A DNA stretch of 64,000 bases from NCBI GenBank assembly GCA_038213805.1, contig JBBQSO010000022.1, positions 1-64,000 on the forward strand, in the 5' to 3' direction. The notes under the pieces are model-generated. The model was not told the origin of the DNA. It saw only the letters and a list, made by a program, of their open reading frames with translations, and searched no databases. Of this stretch, positions 10,114 through 20,866 are shown piece by piece; positions within the stretch are counted from its first letter, which is position 1, and every line of letters begins with the position of its first letter. The position numbers were made by a program, and so were the translations under genes. Origin of the DNA: Planctomycetota bacterium (GTDB lineage Bacteria > Planctomycetota > UBA11346).

Positions 10114-11394
10114 TCACGGCGCGGCCGGGGCCGGGACCACGGGCTCGGCGACCACCGCTTCTGTGGACCGCTCGGCCTGCGGGCCGGTCTGGGCGTTCGG
10201 CCGCGCCAGCCACTGGGCGTATTCCGGCGACGTCGCGAAATCGGCATAGGCCTTGGTCTTCGCGAGGTCCTTGAAGGTGACGTGGAAGCGCCGTTCGAGC
10301 TCGCTGAGCAGGCGTGCGGTCTCGGCATGATCCTTTGCGGCGAGCGCGATGTCGACCGCGCTCCACCACGCCTTCTTTACTCCCGGTTCGGCTGCGAGGT
10401 AGCGGGACATCGCCACCTCGGCCTCGGCAAAGCGTCCGGCGACCTGCAGGACGCCTGCGCGGGTGCAATCGAGGTAGGGATCACCGCCTACGCTGCGATC
10501 CACCTGGTCGATGCTGGCCAAGGCGTGGGTCCAGTCCTTGCGCAGCACGAAGGAGTCGATCTGGATCAGGGCGAGCGAGCCATCGTCGGGGAAGGCGCTG
10601 GTGATGGCGTCGATCGCCTGCTGGTACTCGTCGCCGCCGATGGCCTGGGCGCACTGCATGCGCAGGAACAGTCCGACGCGCGATGCGCGCAGGGGTTCCG
10701 GCAGCTCCTTCCAGCGGGCCACCGCCTCGGCATGTTTGCCGGCAGCGGCGAGCTTCGTGACCTCGACGAAGGCGGACATGTCGATGCGGTCGCCGCCGTC
10801 GATCAGGCGCTCGAGCGTGGTCTTCCGGCTCTCGGCGATGGTGGGCAGGGCCACTCCCGCGACGATCTGGTCGAACATCTGCCCATTGAGGAAATTGTAA
10901 TAATTGATCACGCGCGCATGCCCCAGCGCGTCCTTGCCGATCACCAGGTCGAAATAATTGAGGGCGTCGTCGCCGTTCACGAAACGCACCAGCGCGCGCT
11001 GGCGTCCAGCGACCTCGTGCACATGGATCAGCTTGACCATGCCGCCCTTGGCGCCGGCGGCGAGCTGGACGCCCAGGGTGCCGGCGGTGGCCTTGTTCAT
11101 GCCGGCGGTGAAGTTGGTGATGAAGCGCTCGCGCTCCGCCGGGAACAGGCGCACCGGCATGAGCGCCTCGCCGACTACGGCCGGGAGATCGAAGGCCACG
11201 TCGAAATCCTTGGCCTGGCCGGCGCTGAGGCTGGTCGCCAGATGCTCGCCAATGGCTTTGGCCTCGTCCGCGCTGGCTGTGCCGTAGGCGGCGAGGGGGG
11301 AGACCGCGGTGCGCGCGCGCTCCATCGCCACGTAGCCGCCCCCGATGACGGCAGCGGCGAGGACGCAGAGCAGGATGATGATGCTTACGCGCAT
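10114..11394 (-). CDS. Membrane-anchored hypothetical protein with C-terminal TPR-like helices
   Basis: N-terminal TM/signal MRVSIIILL.., helical repeats and normal codon bias. Confidence 0.7.
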   Translation of the reverse strand: MRVSIIILLCVLAAAVIGGGYVAMERARTAVSPLAAYGTASADEAKAIGEHLATSLSAGQAKDFDVAFDLPAVVGEALMPVRLFPAERERFITNFTAGMNKATAGTLGVQLAAGAKGGMVKLIHVHEVAGRQRALVRFVNGDDALNYFDLVIGKDALGHARVINYYNFLNGQMFDQIVAGVALPTIAESRKTTLERLIDGGDRIDMSAFVEVTKLAAAGKHAEAVARWKELPEPLRASRVGLFLRMQCAQAIGGDEYQQAIDAITSAFPDDGSLALIQIDSFVLRKDWTHALASIDQVDRSVGGDPYLDCTRAGVLQVAGRFAEAEVAMSRYLAAEPGVKKAWWSAVDIALAAKDHAETARLLSELERRFHVTFKDLAKTKAYADFATSPEYAQWLARPNAQTGPQAERSTEAVVAEPVVPAPAAP

Positions 11395-11466
11395 GGCTGG
11401 TTCCCTCGCGGGCATGATGCGCGCAGGGAACGCGGGGGAAGACGGTTTCCGCGCGGCGGGGCTACG

Positions 11467-13323
11467 CTACTCGGCCTCGTTCCGGCTCTTCAGCACCGCC
11501 ATGAATGCCGCCTGGGGCACTTCGACGCTGCCGACCATCTTCATGCGCTTCTTGCCCTCTTTCTGCTTTTCGAGGAGCTTGCGCTTTCGCGACACGTCGC
11601 CGCCGTAGCACTTGGCGGTGACGTTCTTGCCGATCGACTTGATGGTCTCGCGCGCGATCACGCGCGTGCCGATCGCGGCCTGCAGGGCGACCTCGAAGAG
11701 GTGCTTGGGGATTTCCTCCTTGAGCGACTTGATGATGGCGCGCCCGCGGTATTCCGACTGGGTCTTGTGGCAGATGAAGGCGAGCGCGTCGCAGGCGTTG
11801 TTGTGCACCAGGATGTCGACGCGCACGAGGTCGGCGACCTGGTAGCCGCAGAACTCGTAGTCCATGGTGCCGTAGCCCTGGGTGACGCTCTTGAGCTTGT
11901 CGAAGAGGTCGTAGATGACCTCGGCGAGCGGCATCTTGTAGGTCAGCACGCAGCGGTTCATGCCCAGGTAGTCCTGCTTCTGGAACTCGCCGCGGCGGTC
12001 GGAGACCAGCTGCATGACCGGGCCGATCTTCTCGGCGGGAAGCATGAAGTGGATCAGCACCAGCGGCTCCTCGATCGACTCGTAGCCGTCGCGGGGCAGC
12101 TCGCCGGGGGTGGTGATCTCGATGCGCGTGGGCTTGGGCGTGCCGTCCTTCTCGAATTCGAGTGGCGCGTTGGCGTTGCGCAGGTTGACCACGTAGGTCA
12201 CGGTCGGCGCGGTCTGCACCATGTCGAGGTCGTGCTCGCGCTCCAGGCGCTCCTGACAAATCTCCATGTGCAGCATGCCGAGGAAGCCGCAGCGGAAGCC
12301 GTGGCCGAGCGCGCCGCCGGATTCCGGCGACCAGCGGAACGAGGCGTCGTTCAGCGACAGCTTCTCGACCGCCTCGCGCAGCTGGTCGTAGGTGGTCTCG
12401 CCCGACGGGTAGAGCCCGCAGTAGACCATCGGCTTCATCTCGCGGAAGCCGGTCAGGGCCTGCGCCTGGTCGCTCTCGAGGGTGATGGTGTCGCCGACCT
12501 TCACGTCGGTGAGCGCCTTGATCGCCGCGCAAATGTAGCCGACCTCGCCGGCCACCAGGCCGTCGGGCGACGCCACCATCTTCGGGCGCAGGCGGCCGAT
12601 ATCGCTGATCTCGTAGGTCTTGGCCGAGCGGATCAGGCGGATCTTGTCGCCTTTCTTCAGCGAGCCGTTGACCAGGCGCACATAGAGGATGATGCCGCGG
12701 TAGTCGTCGTAGATGGCGTCGAAGATCAGCCCCTGGGTGGAGGCGGCGCGGTCGCCGACCGGCGGCGGGATGCGCTCGACCACCGCGGTGAGGATCTCGG
12801 CGATGCCGATGCCCTGCTTGGCGCTGGCGCGGATCGCCATGCTGGCGTCGAGAGCGAGCGACTCTTCGATCTCGGCGCACACCACGTCGGGGCGGGCGCT
12901 GGGCAGGTCGATCTTGTTGATGGTCGGAATGACGGTCAGGTTGAGCTCGGTGGCGAGCAGATAGTTGGCCACGGTCTGCGCCTGCACGCCCTGTGAGGCA
13001 TCGACCACCAGCAGGCAGCCCTCGCAGGCCTGCAGCGAACGCGTCACCTCATAGCTGAAGTCGACATGGCCGGGGGTGTCGATGAGGTTGAGCTGATAGG
13101 TCTGGCCGTCGCTGTGCTCATGCCACAGACACACCGCCTTGGCCTTGATGGTGATGCCGCGCTCACGCTCGAGGTCCATGCCGTCGAGGACGGTGAGGTC
13201 CTTGTCCTCGCGCTCCTTCATCGCCCCGGTGGCCTGCAGCAGGCGCTCGGCCAGGGTGCTCTTGCCGTGGTCGATGTGGGCGATGATGCAGAAATTGCGG
13301 ATCAGGTGCTGGGGGTGGGGCAT
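11467..13323 (-). CDS. lepA: Translation elongation factor 4 (LepA)
   Basis: IRNFCIIAHIDHGKSTL, ERERGITIK, DTPGHVDF, GFRCGFLGMLH and KCYGGDVSRKRKLLEKQKEGK. Confidence 0.98.
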   Translation of the reverse strand: MPHPQHLIRNFCIIAHIDHGKSTLAERLLQATGAMKEREDKDLTVLDGMDLERERGITIKAKAVCLWHEHSDGQTYQLNLIDTPGHVDFSYEVTRSLQACEGCLLVVDASQGVQAQTVANYLLATELNLTVIPTINKIDLPSARPDVVCAEIEESLALDASMAIRASAKQGIGIAEILTAVVERIPPPVGDRAASTQGLIFDAIYDDYRGIILYVRLVNGSLKKGDKIRLIRSAKTYEISDIGRLRPKMVASPDGLVAGEVGYICAAIKALTDVKVGDTITLESDQAQALTGFREMKPMVYCGLYPSGETTYDQLREAVEKLSLNDASFRWSPESGGALGHGFRCGFLGMLHMEICQERLEREHDLDMVQTAPTVTYVVNLRNANAPLEFEKDGTPKPTRIEITTPGELPRDGYESIEEPLVLIHFMLPAEKIGPVMQLVSDRRGEFQKQDYLGMNRCVLTYKMPLAEVIYDLFDKLKSVTQGYGTMDYEFCGYQVADLVRVDILVHNNACDALAFICHKTQSEYRGRAIIKSLKEEIPKHLFEVALQAAIGTRVIARETIKSIGKNVTAKCYGGDVSRKRKLLEKQKEGKKRMKMVGSVEVPQAAFMAVLKSRNEAE

Positions 13324-13381
13324 GGGGGGGCTGGGTGGGCGGGGGCGGGACGGCTGAGGAAGGCGCGGGATGGTAGCTCGG

Positions 13382-13498
13382 GTCCGGAAGTCCGGTAGTC
13401 CGGATGTCCGGAAGCCCCGGATCACAGGGTCGCTGCCGCCATCGCGACGTCGTCGCGGTGGAACGGCCTAGTCCCACGAGACTTCCGGACTTCCGGAC
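13382..13498. repeat. Inverted pair of GTCCGGAA 8-mer tandem arrays
   Basis: About 4 degenerate GTCCGGAA units at 13382-13420 and reverse-complement units at 13480-13498. Confidence 0.85.
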
Positions 13499-13543
13499 GC
13501 TTTGACGTTGACACAGACCCCACCCGGCCCTGAGGATGGACCC

Positions 13544-14614
13544 ATGACCGGCAAACGACGGCGGGGCGACCAGGGTGGCGGGCGGGTGACGCTCAAGCAG
13601 ATCGCCGAGGAATCCGGCCTGCCCATCATGACGGTGTCCCGGGCCCTGCGCGGGCTCCGCGGCGAGGTCTCAGAGGCCAGCCTGCAGCGCGCCCTGGAAG
13701 TCGCCAACCGCCTCGGTTACCGGCCCAACCTGCTGGTCAAAGCCCTCCAGACCGGGCATTCGCAGAACATCGGCGTGGTGGTGCCGCCGATCAGCAGTTT
13801 CGCCTACGACCTGATTCGCGGCGTCCATGACGAGTTGGTCAAGGACGGCTGCCTGCCCCTAGTGCACTGGCAGAACCCGGTGCCGGGCGGCGCCACCCCG
13901 GAGCGCATGCACGCCGCCGAGCTGGAGGTCATCCACCGCCTGCTCGACCGGCGCGTCGACGGGGTGATCTTCCTGCCCAGCGACGACCTGGTCTTCGACC
14001 TGCACTTCCAGGAGGTGTGGAAGCGCGACATCCCGCTGGTCGCGGTCGACCGCTTCCTGAAGCACAGCTCGGCCGACTTTGTCGGCACCGATGACGCCGC
14101 AGGCGGGCGTCTGGCTGCCGAGCACCTGCTCGCGCTCGGTCACAGGCGCTTCGCGCAGCTCGCCGGCGCGCTGCGCGTCGGACCGTTCGCGGACCGCCGC
14201 CAGGTGTTCGAGGCGACGGTACGCGCCGCTGGGGCGGAGTGCCGGACCCACGAGGTCGACATCAGCGACCTGACCACCATCACGCCGCGATCGCAGGCGC
14301 TGCTGGCCGACCCTTTCAAGCCGACCGCGGTGTTCCTGGGCGCCGACCACTTCGCCCCGCCATTCTACACCGAGGCGCGCCGCCTCGGCCTGAGCGTGCC
14401 GCGCGATCTCTCGGTGATCGGCTTCGCCGACCTCGACTATTCCGTACACCTCGGCCTGACCACGGTGCGCCAGCATCCCTACGAAATTGGCGTGCGCGCC
14501 GCGCGCATCGTCCTCGACCGCTGCGCCGGCCGCCTGGCCAAGGATGAGCCGATCGTCGAGCGGCTGATGCCGGAACTGGTCATCCGCCAGTCGACGGCGC
14601 CCGCGCCGGCCTGA
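13544..14614 (+). CDS. LacI family transcriptional regulator
   Basis: [40 protein letters not shown] and LVIRQST. Confidence 0.93.
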   Translation: MTGKRRRGDQGGGRVTLKQIAEESGLPIMTVSRALRGLRGEVSEASLQRALEVANRLGYRPNLLVKALQTGHSQNIGVVVPPISSFAYDLIRGVHDELVKDGCLPLVHWQNPVPGGATPERMHAAELEVIHRLLDRRVDGVIFLPSDDLVFDLHFQEVWKRDIPLVAVDRFLKHSSADFVGTDDAAGGRLAAEHLLALGHRRFAQLAGALRVGPFADRRQVFEATVRAAGAECRTHEVDISDLTTITPRSQALLADPFKPTAVFLGADHFAPPFYTEARRLGLSVPRDLSVIGFADLDYSVHLGLTTVRQHPYEIGVRAARIVLDRCAGRLAKDEPIVERLMPELVIRQSTAPAPA

Positions 14615-14656
14615 GGTCCTCGTTCGGACGGCCGGCAGAGAGGGACAGCCGGATCG

Positions 14657-14785
14657 AACAGGAGGCGCGGAGGCGCGGAGATCGGATGAGGGGAGGAGAG
14701 CAGCGTGGGTTGGCCATGCGGCCACCAGGCCGACCCGCCGAGCCATCTCCCCTCATCCGATCTCCGCGCCTCCGCGCCTCCTGTT
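14657..14785. repeat. Perfect 39-bp inverted repeat with 51-bp spacer
   Basis: AACAGGAGGCGCGGAGGCGCGGAGATCGGATGAGGGGAG (14657-14695) and its exact reverse complement (14747-14785). Confidence 0.9.
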
Positions 14786-14865
14786 TTATCTCTTTTCTGG
14801 GACGCTGTGGATCAGCGGAACAGCGCTCTTGCCGCGGAATTGCGGCCAGCATCATGGCGCGTCCC

Positions 14866-16575
14866 ATGACCAAGCCCACCGCCCCGCTGCCCCGTCCCCA
14901 TTCCGCCATCGTCGTCGACGGGCCGGAGCGCGCCGCCAGCCGCGCGATGCTCTATCCGGTGGGCTTCGTCGCCGCGGACTTCGCCAAGCCGCAGGTCGGA
15001 ATCGCCTCGACCTGGGCGATGGTGACGCCCTGCAACATGCATATCGACGGCCTGGCCAGGGCCGCGGCCACCGGCGCGGACTCGGCGGGCGGCAAGGCGG
15101 TGATCTTCAACACCATCACCGTCAGCGACGGCATCTCGATGGGCACCGAGGGCATGAAGTATTCGTTGGTGTCGCGCGAGGTCATCGCCGACTCGATCGA
15201 GACGGTGGTCGCCGGCCAGGGCTATGATGCCGTGGTCGCGCTCGGCGGCTGCGACAAGAACATGCCCGGCTGCCTGATCGCGCTCGCGCGGCTCGACCGC
15301 CCGGCGATCTTCGTGTACGGCGGCTCGATCCTGCCGGGCAAGACGCCCCAGGATGACGGTTGCGAGGCGAAGAACACCGACGTGGTCTCGGTCTTCGAGG
15401 CGGTCGGCGCCAACGCCCAGGGTAAGATTACGCCCAAGCAGTTCCTGACCGTCGAGCAGACCGCCATCCCCGGGCCCGGCTCGTGCGGCGGCATGTACAC
15501 GGCGAACACCATGGCCTCGGCGATCGAGGCCATGGGCATGAGTCTGCCCGGCTCGTCGTCGCAGGTCGCCGTGTCGATGGAGAAGGTCGAGGACTGCACG
15601 CGCGCCGGCCAGGCTGTGGTCGAACTGCTGCGCCTGGGCATCACGCCAAAGAAGATCATGACCAAGAAGGCGTTCGAGAACGCCATCACCGTGATCATCA
15701 CCCTGGGCGGCTCGACCAACGCCGTGCTGCATCTGATTGCGATGGCGCACTCCGCCGGGGTCAAGCTGTCGCTCGCCGACTTCACCCGCATCGGCAAGCG
15801 CGTGCCAGTGCTCGCCGATCTGCGCCCGAGCGGCAAATACCATGCCGCCGATCTGGCGGCGATCGGCGGCATCGAGCCGTTGATGAAGACCCTGCTCGCT
15901 GCCGGCCTGCTGCACGGCGACTGCCTGACGGTCACCGGCAGGACCGTGGCCGAGAACCTCAAGAGCGTGAAGCCCTACCCCGCCGACCAGCAGATCATCC
16001 GCCCGCTGGCTGCGCCACTCAAGAAGGACAGCCACCTGGTGATCATGTACGGCAACCTCGCCCCCGACGGCGCGGTCGCCAAGATCAGCGGCAAGGAGGG
16101 CCTGGGCTTCACCGGCAAGGCGCGGGTCTTCGCCAGCGAGGAGGAGTGCCTCAAGCGCATCCTCGACGGCACGGTGAAGGCGGGTGAGGTGTTGGTCATC
16201 CGCTATGAAGGTCCCAAGGGCGGTCCGGGCATGCGCGAGATGTTGGCGCCGACCAGCGCGATCATGGGCCGCGGCCTGGGTAAGACGGTCGCGCTGATCA
16301 CCGACGGGCGCTTTTCCGGCGGCACCCACGGTCTGGTGGTCGGCCACGTCACGCCCGAGGCGGCGGTCGGCGGCCCCATCGCACTCGTGAAGAACGGCGA
16401 CCTGATCACCATCGACGCGGTGGGGCACCGCATCGACGTCGCGGTCAGCGACCGCGAACTGGCCAAACGCCGGAAGCTGTGGAAAGCACCGAAGGCGCGC
16501 TACACACGCGGGGTGCTGGCGAAATATGCGCGGCAGGTGACATCGGCGTCGCTCGGCGCAGTGACGGACGCCTGA
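14866..16575 (+). CDS. ilvD: Dihydroxy-acid dehydratase
   Basis: [53 protein letters not shown] and TDGRFSGG. Confidence 0.97.
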   Translation: MTKPTAPLPRPHSAIVVDGPERAASRAMLYPVGFVAADFAKPQVGIASTWAMVTPCNMHIDGLARAAATGADSAGGKAVIFNTITVSDGISMGTEGMKYSLVSREVIADSIETVVAGQGYDAVVALGGCDKNMPGCLIALARLDRPAIFVYGGSILPGKTPQDDGCEAKNTDVVSVFEAVGANAQGKITPKQFLTVEQTAIPGPGSCGGMYTANTMASAIEAMGMSLPGSSSQVAVSMEKVEDCTRAGQAVVELLRLGITPKKIMTKKAFENAITVIITLGGSTNAVLHLIAMAHSAGVKLSLADFTRIGKRVPVLADLRPSGKYHAADLAAIGGIEPLMKTLLAAGLLHGDCLTVTGRTVAENLKSVKPYPADQQIIRPLAAPLKKDSHLVIMYGNLAPDGAVAKISGKEGLGFTGKARVFASEEECLKRILDGTVKAGEVLVIRYEGPKGGPGMREMLAPTSAIMGRGLGKTVALITDGRFSGGTHGLVVGHVTPEAAVGGPIALVKNGDLITIDAVGHRIDVAVSDRELAKRRKLWKAPKARYTRGVLAKYARQVTSASLGAVTDA

Positions 16576-16885
16576 GCTGAGGTGAGTGCGATGCCATGGG
16601 CGGAACAGTTCCGCGTCTGAGGGTCACCGGATTGCACGGCGGGTGGCGGATGCGCAGGACGACCAGCTCGGCATTTGTCAGCAAAATTCAGCTGCTACTG
16701 TGCATTCTGCAGTGGCCTCGGGCGTGGAGTCCCACCGGAACCGCGTCATAATTGGCTCCAGATGCGGCACTTGTGAGGCCTGCGGAAAAGTCGCGACAGT
16801 ATGGCATAGGCAGCGCCATTAGCGCTCGACGCCATGTCTCGGGCAGGGCGCGCGTTTCGGTTCCAGCGGCAGCCAAAGGTTACCC

Positions 16886-19800
16886 ATGCACCACGTCCTC
16901 CGGTCCACCGGCTTCTCAGACACGCTGGTTAGGCCGGCGCCGCGCAGACGCGGTTGGGTGCATGTGGTTGCCCTGCTGGTGCTGCTGGTAGCGGGCGCAG
17001 CCCCTGCCGGTGCGGCGACGGTCCCCAACATGACCACCATCAAGATCGTCGGCGGCCTCAACAACCCGACTTTCGCCACCACCATCCCGGGTGATGGGCA
17101 CCACCTCTTCGTGCTGGAGCAGTATTCCGGAAAAATCCAGGTCGTCGATCTCGACAGCAAGTCCATCACCGGAACCTTCATGACCGTGGCCAGCATCAAT
17201 GCCACGGGCGAGGAAGGCCTGCTCGGCATGGCCTTCGATCCAACCTATACCACGAACGGCCGCTTCTACATTTTCGCCAGCATCACCGGCGGCAGCTTCG
17301 GTAGCGGCCACTCAGAGGTGCAGACCTATACCGCGAACGGCGCGGCACCGTTCACCGCCGCAAGCACGGGCAATGCCGCCAGCAAAGTCATCCTGCAGCA
17401 GTGGGACAAGCCGCAGACCAACCACAACGGCGGCTGGATCGGCTTCAACCGGCACGCCAACGACCACCAGCTGTTCATCTCCGTGGGTGACGGCGGGAAC
17501 GGCGATGACACGGGCAGCGGGCACACCAGTCCCGGCGGCAACGCCCAGGACGCCACGGTGTTCCTCGGCAAGATCCTGCGCGTCGACGTCGGCGCCGGTA
17601 CGTCGTACACCATTCCCGCCGACAACCCCTTCGCCAACGACGCGACGCGCAAGCACGAGATCTTCGCCATCGGCGTGCGCAATCCGTGGCGCTGCAGCTT
17701 CGATCGCCAGTCCGGGGATTTCTGGATCGGCGAGGTCGGGCAGAACCAGCACGAAGAGATCGATTTCAATGCCGGCGCGGTCCCGGGAATGAATTACGGC
17801 TGGCGCGCGCGGGAAGGCCTGAGCCAGAACACCAGCTTCCCAGGCGAGCATCCGACCGGCACCACCGACCCGATCCTGGACTATCCCCACAGCGGCGGCA
17901 ACAACTGCGTAATCGGTGGCTACGTCTATCGCGGCAGCGCCATTCCCGACCTGCAGGGGCTGTACCTCTACGGCGATAACGGCGGTACCCACTTCTGGAC
18001 CATCGCCAACCCTGCTGGCACGGTGGTCAACACCGACGTCACGGCACCCCTGGTGGCTGGCACGGACCACCCTTCAGGCCCGAGTTCATTCGCCGAGGAC
18101 GACGTGGGCGAGATGTACATCGTCTCTTATGGCAACGGCTCGCTGTTCAAAATCGTCCCCAACCTGGTGATCACCACCGCCTCGCCGCTGCCGGGGACGA
18201 CCACCGGCGCGACGTACAGCCAGACCCTCGCCGTCTCCGGCAGCGGGACCAAGACGTGGAGCGTGAGCGGGGGCAGCGTGGCTCCGCTGACACTGTCGGC
18301 GGGTGGTGTGCTGAGCGGCACCGCGGGCGCCGCGGGCACCATCACCTTTACCGCGCAGGTGACCAACGGTTCGGCGACCGGGTTCAAAGCCTTCACAGTG
18401 ACCGTCAATCCGCCCCCCACCATCACGTCCGCGGCGGCGTTGCCCGACGCCACGGTGGACAGCGCCTACAGCCGCACCCTGGCGGCGAGTGGTGGCACCG
18501 GAGCATTGACGTGGAGTTCGACCGGGCTGTCCGACGGACTGTCCCTGTCCGCGGGTGGCGTCTTGAGCGGCACGCCGACTGCGGCGGCGACGGTATCCTT
18601 CACCGCCAAGGTCACCGACAGCGTGGGCGTGCAGGTCACCAAGAGCATGACCGTGCAGGTGCTGAATGCCGGCGGCACCACCGCGCCGACCATCACCTCC
18701 ACCGCGGTCACCACCGCCAACCTGGGGTTCGCCTACACCTACGACGTGCAGGCGACCGGATCCCCGGCGCCGACCTTCTCCCTCACCACCAAGCCGACCG
18801 GGATGACGATCGACGCGTCCAGCGGCGTGATCACTTGGCCGACGCCGATGGGGACCAGTGCGGCTGTGACCGTGCAAGCCACCAACGGCACCGCACCTGT
18901 TGCGACGCAGTCGTTCACCATCGCGGTCAGTGACTTTGGCCTGGTTGCGCGACCGGTCGGAGGCGCCTTCCTGGGCGGCACCATGCCCGCCACGGCCAGC
19001 GGCGCACTGCCCTCGACGTTGACGGCGACGGGCGCCTTCAGCGATGTCGGCGCGCTCACGCCCAGCGCGGCCCTGCTGCCGTACACCGTCAATCTTGCCT
19101 TCTTCTCGGACGGCGCGATCAAGACGCGCTTCGTGGCGGTGCCGCACGCGGCCGGGGCCGCTGATCCGGCGATTGGCTTCGCGGCCACCGACTTCTGGAC
19201 CTTCCCCACCGGTACGGTGTTCGTGAAGCATTTCGCGTTCAACACCGACCAGCGCGACAGCAGCCAGCGGCAGCGTCTGGAGACGCGCTTGATCGTGGTG
19301 CAGGCGGACGGCAACGTCTATGGCGTGACCTACAAGTGGAACAGTGCGGGCACCGAGGCGACCCTGGTCGACGCGGCCGGCGCGACCGAGGACCTGACCA
19401 TCACCGCTGGCGATGGCAGCACGCATACGCAGAGCTGGTACTACCCATCGCGCGGCGACTGCCTGACCTGCCACAACGCCACCACTGGCCGCGTGCTGGG
19501 CGTAACCACGCGTCAGCTCAACGGCGACTTCACCTACGCGACCAGCGGCCGCACCGACAACCAGCTGCGCACCTGGAGCCACATCGGCATGTTCAACGCC
19601 CCGCCCGCGGAAGCATCCATCCCCGCGTTGCAGAAGATTGCCGTGCCCAGTGACACCAGCGTCGCGCTCGAATCGCGGGCGCGCTCCTACCTCGATGTCA
19701 ACTGCGCGTACTGCCACCGCCCGGGTGGTGCTCCGGCCAATTTCGACGCGCGTCTGCTCACCCCGCTCGTGAGCCAGAACATCGTCGATGGGCCGGTGAA

Positions 19801-20104
19801 CAACACCCTCGGCATTGCGGGCGCGAAAGTCGTGGTGATGGGCCATCAGGAGCTGTCGATCCTCTATCAGCGTCTGCACACCGTCGATCCGGCCATCAGC
19901 ATGCCCAAGGCGCCGGTCAACCGCCGCACCATCGATGCCGAGGGCTCGGCGATGATCGCAGCGTGGATCGGCTCCGGTCAGGGCTCCGGGACGACGCCAC
20001 CGCCGGCTGGCGACGGTGGTGGCAAGAAATGCGGTCTGGGAGCCGGCTTCGCCGTGCTGTCCTTCATGCTGGTGATGATCGGCTGGCGGCGACGCTTGCG
20101 TTGA
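16886..20104 (+). CDS. Secreted multidomain protein: glucose/sorbosone dehydrogenase-like propeller, Ig-like repeats, diheme cytochrome c and C-terminal anchor
   Basis: Signal peptide; EEGLLGMAFDP, NHNGG and GVRNPWR; three Thr-rich Ig repeats; CLTCH and CAYCH; GGGKKCGLG-TM-RRRLR tail. Confidence 0.85.
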   Translation: MHHVLRSTGFSDTLVRPAPRRRGWVHVVALLVLLVAGAAPAGAATVPNMTTIKIVGGLNNPTFATTIPGDGHHLFVLEQYSGKIQVVDLDSKSITGTFMTVASINATGEEGLLGMAFDPTYTTNGRFYIFASITGGSFGSGHSEVQTYTANGAAPFTAASTGNAASKVILQQWDKPQTNHNGGWIGFNRHANDHQLFISVGDGGNGDDTGSGHTSPGGNAQDATVFLGKILRVDVGAGTSYTIPADNPFANDATRKHEIFAIGVRNPWRCSFDRQSGDFWIGEVGQNQHEEIDFNAGAVPGMNYGWRAREGLSQNTSFPGEHPTGTTDPILDYPHSGGNNCVIGGYVYRGSAIPDLQGLYLYGDNGGTHFWTIANPAGTVVNTDVTAPLVAGTDHPSGPSSFAEDDVGEMYIVSYGNGSLFKIVPNLVITTASPLPGTTTGATYSQTLAVSGSGTKTWSVSGGSVAPLTLSAGGVLSGTAGAAGTITFTAQVTNGSATGFKAFTVTVNPPPTITSAAALPDATVDSAYSRTLAASGGTGALTWSSTGLSDGLSLSAGGVLSGTPTAAATVSFTAKVTDSVGVQVTKSMTVQVLNAGGTTAPTITSTAVTTANLGFAYTYDVQATGSPAPTFSLTTKPTGMTIDASSGVITWPTPMGTSAAVTVQATNGTAPVATQSFTIAVSDFGLVARPVGGAFLGGTMPATASGALPSTLTATGAFSDVGALTPSAALLPYTVNLAFFSDGAIKTRFVAVPHAAGAADPAIGFAATDFWTFPTGTVFVKHFAFNTDQRDSSQRQRLETRLIVVQADGNVYGVTYKWNSAGTEATLVDAAGATEDLTITAGDGSTHTQSWYYPSRGDCLTCHNATTGRVLGVTTRQLNGDFTYATSGRTDNQLRTWSHIGMFNAPPAEASIPALQKIAVPSDTSVALESRARSYLDVNCAYCHRPGGAPANFDARLLTPLVSQNIVDGPVNNTLGIAGAKVVVMGHQELSILYQRLHTVDPAISMPKAPVNRRTIDAEGSAMIAAWIGSGQGSGTTPPPAGDGGGKKCGLGAGFAVLSFMLVMIGWRRRLR

Positions 20105-20190
20105 TCCGGGGCGCTGGAAACCCGCGGCTTGCCCGCGGCGGGGAACCGGGGCACTGTGGCGCCGCGACGACCACCCCTGGAACCTCCTCC

Positions 20191-20694
20191 ATGAGCGCCT
20201 TCATCGACTTCCTGGCCGTCACTTGCAGACTGCCGGTCTTCCTCGCTGGCCAGGCCGCCATCCTCGTGACGCGGCTGATCCTGGGGTTAATCTTCCTCCA
20301 GTCGGGGTGGGCGAAGATCGAGAATTTTCCGAAATTCGTCCAGCAGTTTACCGACTGGGGATTTGTGGCCCCAACCCTCAATACGGCGATGGCTGCGGGG
20401 ACGGAGTTCGGCTGTGGCATCCTGCTGATCCTCGGCCTCGGCACGCGCCTAGCCGCCGCCCTGCTCGCCGTGACCATGCTGGTGGCCACGCTGACGGTGC
20501 ACCGCAGCGAGGTCGTCAACGCGCTCAGCTATGAGAACATCGCCAAGCTCACCGACATCTCCCCCCCGACGTACCTGATCTTCCTGCTCTGGCTGGTTGG
20601 CTTTGGCGGTGGCAAGATCGCCGTCGACCGCCTGGTCGAGATGTGGTGGAGGCGCCGGCGCGCCGACCAGGCCAGCGCCGCCGCCAAAGCCTGA
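20191..20694 (+). CDS. DoxX family membrane protein
   Basis: RLILGLIFLQSGWAK, EFGCGILLILGLGTRLAA and GGGKIAVD. Confidence 0.9.
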   Translation: MSAFIDFLAVTCRLPVFLAGQAAILVTRLILGLIFLQSGWAKIENFPKFVQQFTDWGFVAPTLNTAMAAGTEFGCGILLILGLGTRLAAALLAVTMLVATLTVHRSEVVNALSYENIAKLTDISPPTYLIFLLWLVGFGGGKIAVDRLVEMWWRRRRADQASAAAKA

Positions 20695-20866
20695 AGCGTT
20701 CCCAGGCCGTGGCCGGTCGGGATGGCTTCCGTCTCCGGGGCCTGACTGCTCTACGGACCCCCATACGCCCGCTGCATGAGCAGCTGCCCCATGGCCGTAT
20801 GTTGCCCCGCCGGCGCACGCCCTATGGTGCGCCCTCCAGCCCAACGTCCGTCGCGGAGCCGCAGCC

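Noticed and set aside
10015..12996. 993-aa plus-strand ORF
   Set aside because: Antisense shadow of lepA and its neighbour.
13500..13513. Possible LacI autoregulatory operator CTTTGACGTTGACA
   Set aside because: Only a half-symmetric match, and it could simply be a -35 element (TTGACA).
20695..20866. SAM or other riboswitch upstream of the nitrite/sulfite reductase
   Set aside because: No recognisable aptamer consensus or terminator.
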